From Planctomycetota bacterium (GTDB taxonomy: Bacteria; Planctomycetota; UBA1135; UBA2386): 64,000 bases of DNA. The stretch covers positions 17,115-81,114 of the forward strand of contig JACRLW010000115.1 in NCBI GenBank assembly GCA_016235155.1, written 5' to 3'. Position numbers and translations under genes: made by a program. How positions within the stretch are numbered: the first letter of the stretch is position 1; every line of letters begins with the position of its first letter. The notes beneath the pieces were generated by a model. The model was not told the origin of the DNA. It saw only the letters and a program-made list of their open reading frames with translations, and did no database searches. This document shows, piece by piece, positions 57,168-64,000 of this stretch.

Positions 57168-59810
57168 TCACTGTTTCTCCCACCGCCACATCACGCCGGG
57201 CAGTTCGAGCGGCTTCATCACGATGAAGCGCTTGCCGTCGAGTTCGCCGAACGCCGCGGGGCCGTAGTAGCTGTACCAACGGCCGTCGGCGATCTCGGTC
57301 ATCACGCGCAGCGTCGGCAGTTCGCTGTTGACGAAGAACCAGCGCTGACGGGTCACGCCCTCCTCGGCGTTCCGTCCGAGCTTGCCGACCACGTCGAACA
57401 GGCCGGCCTCGACCGAATCGCCGTCGGTGAGTTCGCTCCACAGGTTCGTGTCCGACCACTGCTCGGGACCGGTGATCACCTGCTGGCGCCAGGTGCCGAG
57501 CAGCGCGCGCGGGTCGACGAAGGTCGCCCAGGTCTCCTTCCACAGCGCGAACGTCGGATCCGCGACGAGCGTGTAGTCCACCGCGGCGCGCGCGCTGCGA
57601 CCGTCGAGCGTCTCGACGACCAGCTCGACGCGATGCGCGCCGGGTGCATCGGGCACGAGCACGAGCGCGATCCCTTCGCTCCAGGCCAGAGGGACGCCGT
57701 ACTCCAAGCTGCGCGTGCCGTCGTCGGCGACGAACTGCAATCCGAAGGCGATCTCCGCCGTCGCGGGCGGGCTGTCGATCGATCGCTCGACGATCGCCGT
57801 GCCGTCGGGCGCGAGCGGCTGGATCACGAGCGCGTTCCACCCAGCGTGATGGAACTCGATGCCGACCTCGATCCAGTCCGCGGTCGACGACTCGCGGTAG
57901 CGCGCGAGCGATCGCCACGGCGACTGGCGTGAGGGCAGGCTCCGATCGAGCGTGCACGGCACCCGGATCGCGTCGTTGGTGACCTCGAAGTGCACGCCGA
58001 GCAGCTCGCTGCCGATCTCGTTCCGCCCGTCGACGAACGCCGGCATCACGAGATCGACCTCGTCGGACGCCGCCGCTTCGACCCGCCGCGACCAGAGGTA
58101 GTCCGCGACGAAGCGGCTGCCGGTCAGCCACCAGCGCTCGCCGTCGCGCACGAGGTCCTCGTGGCGCACCTGCACGATCGCGTCGCCGGTGATGGTCGCC
58201 CGCACTCCGCCGCCGCCGAGTTGCGTCAGTTCCGTCGCCGGCGCGCCGTCGGGTCCGTGGCACGCGAGGTCGGCGACGTCTATCGGATCCTGCATCGCCG
58301 CGGCGTGGAGCACCGTCGACACGAGCAGCGAGGTCCACGCGTTCGCGTCGCCCATCCAGAGGCCGGAGTAGTCGGCGTCGTACTGCTGCGTGCCGACCGG
58401 CCCGAAGACCGAGAGTCCGTGGCTCAGGCGTCGCATCTCACCGTGATGGTTCGCGATCACGGCGTCGGCGACGGCTCGTTCGAGCGTCGCGATCTCGTTC
58501 GCGGCGGGGAACCCGTCGCCGCGGCGCAGGCGCTGCACGACGTCGATCAGGTCGACGCTGCGGTTCGCGCCGCGTGCGAGGCGATCGACGCGCGGCTGGT
58601 AGGCCTCGGCGAAGAACAGGGCACGCGCGAAGTCCTTCCACAGCGTGTCCATCGCCGGCATGCACTTCAGCGCCAACGCGTCGAGCGCGCGCGCGACCGC
58701 CGGGGTCTTGCGGAGATCGATCGCGCTGAGGGTGGCGTCGTTCTCGTGCTCGTCCTCCGACGTCTTGCCGAAGTCCGCGACGATCCCGGCCGCGACCGCC
58801 TTCGCGTCGGTCGATGCCGCGAAGCGCGCCAACACTTCGCGGTACGGGAAGCCGGTGCCGGCGACCTTGGCCTGCGATGCGACGAGCACCTTCGCGAGAT
58901 CGCCGAGTTCGATCGCGACTTCGAGGTGCGCCATCACGCAGGCGTCGAACGCGATCAGGTCGATCGACGGGAACAACAGCGAGGTGGTGATCGCCGTGCG
59001 CAGTGCGCGCCGAATGTCGGGCATCGCCATCACGCCGTCGGGCCGGCCGCTCGGCCGGTCGTCGTCGCTCACGACTCCGGGCCATCCCGCTCCGTGATCC
59101 CAGATCACGACCGCATGGTGCGGAGCAGGGAAGCGCTGGAAGACGCCGGACACGAATCCGGCGAGCACCTCGGGCGACGTCGTGTCGAGTTCGCCGGGCG
59201 TCGCGATCGTGTCGGGTTCCGCGCCCGGACGCAGGCGCAGCACGCGCGTGTCGCTCCAGTCGTCCGGCCCGTCGAGCGGGTCCTTCAGCCGGTCGAGCAG
59301 CACGACGACTTCGACGCCGCTCGCCGGCATGCCCGCCTTCATCTCCTCGAGATCACGCATCGCGCCGACTTCGAGGTTGTTGTCGCCGCCGAGATAGACG
59401 GCGATCGTCCACTGCCGCGCTTCGTCGACCTCCGGACTCCCGAGGATGGTCAGGTGGACGGGCATGTCAATCAGCCGGTGCAGCTTCAGCCGGCGCTCGC
59501 CGAGCGTGACGCGAAGCGCCGCTTCCTGCCATTCGGCCCGGAATACTGCCGTGCTGCCGTCCTGCTGCTTCGCCTCGCCGACCAGCACCTCGCCGTCGAG
59601 CTTGGCTTCGACGGTCCATTCCTCGTCGACGCGGATCGTGCCCGACCAGACCTCGCCGGCGAGTTCCAGGACGAGCCGGCTCGAGAGCGCGTCCTCGAAG
59701 AGTCCGGCGAAGCCCGGGGTCTCGAAGCGGCGGAAGCCCGGGCGTGGTGCGTCCTGCGGGAGAGGGGCGGCCGCGGCGCAAAGGCACGCGACGGCGAGCG
59801 AGATGAGCAT
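57168..59810 (-). CDS. Secreted clostripain-family (C11) cysteine peptidase with large C-terminal extension
   Basis: ATG 59810 gives the signal MLISLAVACLCAAAAPL. IAVYLGGDNNLEVGAMRDLEEM, VIWDHGAGW (catalytic His-Gly), IAFDACVMAHLE (catalytic Cys). Confidence 0.75.
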   Translation of the reverse strand: MLISLAVACLCAAAAPLPQDAPRPGFRRFETPGFAGLFEDALSSRLVLELAGEVWSGTIRVDEEWTVEAKLDGEVLVGEAKQQDGSTAVFRAEWQEAALRVTLGERRLKLHRLIDMPVHLTILGSPEVDEARQWTIAVYLGGDNNLEVGAMRDLEEMKAGMPASGVEVVVLLDRLKDPLDGPDDWSDTRVLRLRPGAEPDTIATPGELDTTSPEVLAGFVSGVFQRFPAPHHAVVIWDHGAGWPGVVSDDDRPSGRPDGVMAMPDIRRALRTAITTSLLFPSIDLIAFDACVMAHLEVAIELGDLAKVLVASQAKVAGTGFPYREVLARFAASTDAKAVAAGIVADFGKTSEDEHENDATLSAIDLRKTPAVARALDALALKCMPAMDTLWKDFARALFFAEAYQPRVDRLARGANRSVDLIDVVQRLRRGDGFPAANEIATLERAVADAVIANHHGEMRRLSHGLSVFGPVGTQQYDADYSGLWMGDANAWTSLLVSTVLHAAAMQDPIDVADLACHGPDGAPATELTQLGGGGVRATITGDAIVQVRHEDLVRDGERWWLTGSRFVADYLWSRRVEAAASDEVDLVMPAFVDGRNEIGSELLGVHFEVTNDAIRVPCTLDRSLPSRQSPWRSLARYRESSTADWIEVGIEFHHAGWNALVIQPLAPDGTAIVERSIDSPPATAEIAFGLQFVADDGTRSLEYGVPLAWSEGIALVLVPDAPGAHRVELVVETLDGRSARAAVDYTLVADPTFALWKETWATFVDPRALLGTWRQQVITGPEQWSDTNLWSELTDGDSVEAGLFDVVGKLGRNAEEGVTRQRWFFVNSELPTLRVMTEIADGRWYSYYGPAAFGELDGKRFIVMKPLELPGVMWRWEKQ

Positions 59811-59956
59811 GCGGCGATTCTGTCGCCTCGACGCGCGCCCGGGAAACGTCGCGTGGGAACCACGAGCGACCGGCATGGTTCGCGCGCAGCCTTTTCGTAC
59901 CGGCAGGTCGATACCACTCGTCACCCGCCGCGCCGACAATCCGCCGCCAGATCGCC

Positions 59957-62900
59957 ATGAGAGCCGTCGTCATCGCAGCGTTCGCCGTCTTGATGCTCCT
60001 CGTTCCGGCCGCGTTCGTTCCGGCGCCGACATCGCGCCTCGCGCAACAGGACGACGGGCGGATCGGCACGGTGCTCGACCGCCATGGCATCGCCTTCGTG
60101 CAGCCCGCGGGTCGCGCGCGCTGGACGCCGCTCGGCAAACGCACCCCATTGCTCGCCGGCGATTCGGTGCGAACCGATCTGCGCGGTGCGAACGCGATCG
60201 AGATCGAGCTGGCGGGCGGCGGGACCCTGCTGCTCGGACCGGACGCACGCGCGGAGTTGGGGATGCGGCGCGTGCACCTGCTGCGCGGCGAGTGCGAAAT
60301 CGACCCGGGCGCCTCGCCCGTCACGGTGACCGGCCCAGGCGGGTTCGACACTGCGATCGCGACGCGTTCGGTGCTGCGCGCGACCACCGCGAAGACCGAG
60401 ACCCTGACTGCCGACCCGCGCTGGCTCGCCGGCTACCGCAGTTCGACGACCTCCGAGTGGATGGGCTCGCTGGTCGCGAAGATCGACGGCCGCAATGTCC
60501 CCCTCGCGATCCGCGATCACGAGGTCGCGGTGACGATCAAGGACGGCGTCGCCGAGACGACGGTCGAGCAGACCTACGCCAATGCGACGGACAGCGAACT
60601 CGAAGGCGTCTTCACCTTCCCGTTGCCGCCGGGCGCGTCGGTCAGCGGCTTCGCGATGTGGGTCGGCCGCGAACTCGTCGAGGCCGACATCGTCGAGCGG
60701 GCACGCGCGCGGGCGATCTACGAGGACCTCAAGCGGCGCAAGGTCGATCCCGGGCTCCTCGAATGGAGCGGCGGCAACCTGTTCACCGCGCGCGTGTGGC
60801 CGATCCCGAGGCACGGCGAGAAGCGGATCCGGATCCGCTACACGCAACTCCTGCCGCTCGAGGGCGCGAGCTACACGTGGAGCACGGCGCTGCGCAGCGC
60901 GGCGCTGCGCGCGCATCCGGTGCGCAGCGTGCGCGTGCGCGCGGAGGTCGCTTCGACGCGCGAGCTGGTGAAGGTCGCGTCGACGACGCACGAGGTGACC
61001 GCGAAGGCGAGCGTGCGCTCGGCGATCGTCGAGTGGGATGCCAAGGAGTTCACGCCCGACCGCGACTTCGAGCTGCGCATCGAGATCGGTGCCACGGCGC
61101 CCCTGTCGATCGTCGACCACCTTCGCGACGGCGAGGGCTACTTCGTCGCTCGCGTCGTCCCGCCGGGTCCCGACGGCGAATGGCAGCGCGGTTGGCAGCG
61201 CACGGCGCTGCCCGACGGCGAGGCAGTCGACGTCGTCGTGGTCTGCGACACCTCGGGTTCGATGGACTCCGCCGCCCGCGCCGCGCAGGAAGAGGTCGTC
61301 GCCGCGCTGCTGGGCTCGCTGGGCGAAGGCGATCGCTTCCGCCTGCTCGCGAGCGACTGGCAGGCGCAGTGGTTCGATCCCGCGCTGTTGCCGGTCGACG
61401 CCGAACGGACCGCCGCCGCGCTCGAGTTCCTGCGCAAGCGGCCGTCGCTCGGCTGGACGGACCTCGACCTCGCATTGCGCACCGCGCTCGAGGTCGCGGA
61501 GAAGGGTGCCCTGATCGTCTACGTCGGCGACGGCATGGTCACCCGAGGCGACGCCGACGGCCGCGCGTTCGCGCGGCGTGCCGAGAACATGCTGCGTGGG
61601 CGTGAGGTCACGCTGCACGCGGTCGCGGTCAGCAACGCGATCGACGCGACGGTGCTCGACGCGATCACGCTCGCCGGGCACGGCAGTCATGTCGTCGCGG
61701 GCGACGATCCGGGTCTCGCGGTCGCCTCGCTGCTGAACGACGCCCTCGCGCCGCGGCTCAAGGACGCCCGCATCGCGATCGACGGCATCGAGGTCGCCCG
61801 CGTCTATCCGACTCGATTGCCCAACGTCCCGGTTGGCCGCGAGCGCATCGTCGTCGGCCGCTACCGCCACACCGGCGCAGCGCAGTCCGGCAAGGTCACG
61901 GTCGAAGGTCGCCTCGCCGGTCGCCCCGTGAGTTGGACGCGCGATTGCACGCTCGGCGAAGGCGATCCGCTCCACAGCTACGTGCCGCGGCTCTGGGCCG
62001 TGCGCCACATCGATGCGCTGCTCGACGAAGGGCCGTCGCCGACGGCGCGCGCGGACGTCGTGGCGCACAGCATCGAGTACCAGGTGATGACGCCGTTGAC
62101 CTCGCTGCTCGTGCTCGAGACCGACGCGGATCGCGAGCGCTACGGCGTGACCCGTCGCGTGAAGATCCGCGACGGCGAAGCCTTCTTCGCCCAGGCGAGC
62201 GACGCCGCGAAGGCCGATCGACTGCGCGAGGCGATGCAGGACGCCGCGCGCTGGCGCGTGTCGCTGCGCTCTGCCGCGCTGCGCGAGATCGCGGGACTCG
62301 GGCGCGATGCGGCGACGACGCAGGTCGCGTGGGGCGAACAGTGGGACGGCGGCGTGGTCACGCGCAGCGCGGGCTTCGCGGGCGGCAGGGGCGGCAGCCG
62401 TCGTGGACTGGCGTTCGATCAGGACGACGCGTCCGAGTTCCGTCTCGGTCTCCGCGAGGAGGCGAAGTCGCTCGTGGACGCGCCCGCCGCGGCGAGCGCG
62501 CCGATGGAGCGCGATTTCGCGGAAGGCGGCGATCTCCCGGCCAGCGAACTCGCGGGCGAGGACCTGTCCGACGCGAAACTCGAGGCCGCCGAGGAATCAG
62601 CGCGCTTCGACGACTCGCGCGAAACGGCCGGACGGCTGCGAAAGTCCGTCGCGCGGGTCTCAGCGCGCGCCCTCGAACCCGAGGACGCGACCCCGCTCTT
62701 CGGCCGCGATCGCCGACCCGGGTCGCTCGCGGTGTTCGGCTTCCCTGCGCTCGGACGAGCGTCGGAAGAAGAACTTCTTCCCCCCGACCCGGCCTGGCCC
62801 GCCGACGTGATCGCCGCGCTCCGCGCGCTCGATCGCACCGCGGCGCTGCGCGCGTTGGACGGCGTGGCGTTGTCGACAGCGCAGACCTCCCACCACGCGC

Positions 62901-64000
62901 TCACGCAGCGCATCGTCGCGCAGTCGAGCGTGACGCTGCTCTGGAACGGTGCGAGCTGGTTCTCGCGCAGCGAGAGCAACAGCGAGACGCAGCCGAGCGC
63001 CGCGTGGCTGGTCGACGGCAGGCGCGGCGCGGCGGTGCTCGCGCTGATGGTCGGCCGCGAACGGCCCGCCGCCGACGGCGAGGCGGCGCGGTTCCGACCG
63101 TGGCTGCCGGGGCAATCGACCGCCGATTTGCCGCGCGCGTATCGCCTCGCATCGCTCGTCGTCGAGTCGCAGGACGCCGATCGCCTGGTCGTCGTGCTGC
63201 GCAGCCCCGGGCAGGGCGAGTACACGACGCGCCTCGTCGTCGATCGGCGGCGCAATCTCGTCGAACGCGGCGAGTCGCGGCACGGCACCAAGGTCACGTC
63301 GAGCTGGCGGATCGAGGAGACCATCGCGCTCGCCGATCTCGTGCTGCCGTCGCGCGTCGTGCACCGTGACGACCACGACCGGATCGTCCTGGTCGAGACG
63401 CTGCGCGCGGAGCGCCTCGATCCCGCAGCGTTCGCCACGAGGATCGGCGGCCAGATCGAAGGGCTGGGTCGCGTCCTGTTCGCGGATGCCGAGGACCCGG
63501 AGCTCGAATCCTCTCGCGAAGCCTTGCACGCCGGTGCCGCGTCGCCGACGCAAGCGCTCGCGGTGCTCGCGGATCTGGTCGCGCGCGGACGCGCGGACGC
63601 GTTGCGCACGGTGTGGCCGCGCGTGCGGCCGATGTTCGCGGACCGCGCGACCTGGATCGAACTCGACGTCGCGCAACATCTCCGCCGCGGCGAGACGCTG
63701 CTCGATCTGGCCCGGGATCTCGCCGGTTCGATCGCCGCGCGTGAAGCAGGTCCGAGCACCTACTTCCTCGCCCGTCATCTGCGCACCGCGCTGAGCAACC
63801 GCTTCGGCGCGAACGAGCGCTTCGACCTCCACCAACGCATCCGACCCGCGCTCGGACTCGAGCGCGACGATCCGCTTGCCGTCGACCGCGCGATCCAGTG
63901 GCGTCACGAGGAGGCACAGCTCTACGGGCAGATCGGGGACACCTACCGCCACTACGAACGCACCAAGCTCCTCGCGCAGGAGGCGCCGTGGAACCTCGGG
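59957..64000 (+). CDS. Secreted VIT + von Willebrand factor A domain protein (partial; runs off the right edge)
   Basis: Not in the ORF track (no stop in the window). Hand translation from ATG 59957: signal MRAVVIAAFAVLMLLVPAAF. VIT-like: VAVTIKDGVAETTVEQTYANATDSELEGVFTFPLPPGASVSGFAMWVGRELVEADIVER. VWA MIDAS: VVVVCDTSGSMDS. The frame is open through 64000. Confidence 0.8.
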   Translation, partial: MRAVVIAAFAVLMLLVPAAFVPAPTSRLAQQDDGRIGTVLDRHGIAFVQPAGRARWTPLGKRTPLLAGDSVRTDLRGANAIEIELAGGGTLLLGPDARAELGMRRVHLLRGECEIDPGASPVTVTGPGGFDTAIATRSVLRATTAKTETLTADPRWLAGYRSSTTSEWMGSLVAKIDGRNVPLAIRDHEVAVTIKDGVAETTVEQTYANATDSELEGVFTFPLPPGASVSGFAMWVGRELVEADIVERARARAIYEDLKRRKVDPGLLEWSGGNLFTARVWPIPRHGEKRIRIRYTQLLPLEGASYTWSTALRSAALRAHPVRSVRVRAEVASTRELVKVASTTHEVTAKASVRSAIVEWDAKEFTPDRDFELRIEIGATAPLSIVDHLRDGEGYFVARVVPPGPDGEWQRGWQRTALPDGEAVDVVVVCDTSGSMDSAARAAQEEVVAALLGSLGEGDRFRLLASDWQAQWFDPALLPVDAERTAAALEFLRKRPSLGWTDLDLALRTALEVAEKGALIVYVGDGMVTRGDADGRAFARRAENMLRGREVTLHAVAVSNAIDATVLDAITLAGHGSHVVAGDDPGLAVASLLNDALAPRLKDARIAIDGIEVARVYPTRLPNVPVGRERIVVGRYRHTGAAQSGKVTVEGRLAGRPVSWTRDCTLGEGDPLHSYVPRLWAVRHIDALLDEGPSPTARADVVAHSIEYQVMTPLTSLLVLETDADRERYGVTRRVKIRDGEAFFAQASDAAKADRLREAMQDAARWRVSLRSAALREIAGLGRDAATTQVAWGEQWDGGVVTRSAGFAGGRGGSRRGLAFDQDDASEFRLGLREEAKSLVDAPAAASAPMERDFAEGGDLPASELAGEDLSDAKLEAAEESARFDDSRETAGRLRKSVARVSARALEPEDATPLFGRDRRPGSLAVFGFPALGRASEEELLPPDPAWPADVIAALRALDRTAALRALDGVALSTAQTSHHALTQRIVAQSSVTLLWNGASWFSRSESNSETQPSAAWLVDGRRGAAVLALMVGRERPAADGEAARFRPWLPGQSTADLPRAYRLASLVVESQDADRLVVVLRSPGQGEYTTRLVVDRRRNLVERGESRHGTKVTSSWRIEETIALADLVLPSRVVHRDDHDRIVLVETLRAERLDPAAFATRIGGQIEGLGRVLFADAEDPELESSREALHAGAASPTQALAVLADLVARGRADALRTVWPRVRPMFADRATWIELDVAQHLRRGETLLDLARDLAGSIAAREAGPSTYFLARHLRTALSNRFGANERFDLHQRIRPALGLERDDPLAVDRAIQWRHEEAQLYGQIGDTYRHYERTKLLAQEAPWNLG

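Noticed and set aside
59446-63952. Several long ORFs in other frames or on the other strand (59446..61605 +, 59921..62068 -, 61933..63369 +, 62419..63759 -, 62660..63952 -)
   Set aside because: All overlap the open VIT-VWA frame (starting 59957), which has a signal peptide, a VIT block and a DxSxS MIDAS motif. The others are Arg/Ala-rich.

Overview
High-GC bacterial chromosome segment. Spot counts of single 60-nt rows give about 46/60 G+C in the right half. All family calls below come from motifs read by eye in the translations; no database search was run.

The right-half gene set (PVC-type heme-binding CxxCH protein, DUF1570-like HExxH proteins, ThuA-like protein, CarboxypepD_reg repeat proteins, Kelch protein) suggests a Planctomycetota-like organism. 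That is an inference.

The window splits at a tRNA(CAT) gene (28971-29044, minus strand). Everything to its left (1-28984) reads as an accreted genomic island. Left to right it contains:
- (i) A minus-strand, ATGA-coupled operon: HTH-SNF2-DUF3883 helicase, then DUF1156 methyltransferase, then DUF499 ATPase. It runs off the left edge and looks like an RM-like defence module.
- (ii) An IS1380-like transposase remnant.
- (iii) A visibly lower-GC six-gene operon of unknown function. It combines a NitT/TauT-type ABC importer, a type-II-PKS-like KS-alpha, a catalytically dead KS-beta-like partner, and a GAF-like plus sigma54-type AAA+ ATPase that lacks GAFTGA and an HTH. No ACP gene is present.
- (iv) A stand-alone HEPN-like (Rx4H) protein.
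- (v) A prophage/ICE remnant: AT-hook H1-like protein, frameshifted ParB-methyltransferase, tyrosine recombinase.
- (vi) A compact element of about 6.4 kb (HTH protein, small ORF, Toprim primase/DUF3987 helicase, SpoVG-like, excisionase, integrase) abutting the tRNA. It has a 16-bp direct repeat, tandem 10-mers, and inverted TTCGTC iteron clusters flanking the primase gene.

Right of the tRNA are mostly core and secretome genes:
- IMPase-like, ApaH-like, M14 carboxypeptidase, MurJ, MetE-like.
- A 1509-aa ceramidase/PVC-heme fusion.
- A class II Fic protein.
- An AAA/DUF4143 ATPase gene split by a 143-bp hairpin-rich insertion.
- Kelch, HutD.
- A protease-rich secreted cluster (C1-like, DUF1570 pair, C11), then a VIT-VWA protein that runs off the right edge.

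No rRNA genes or CRISPR arrays were seen. Many long ORFs in the track are antisense artefacts of the high GC content.
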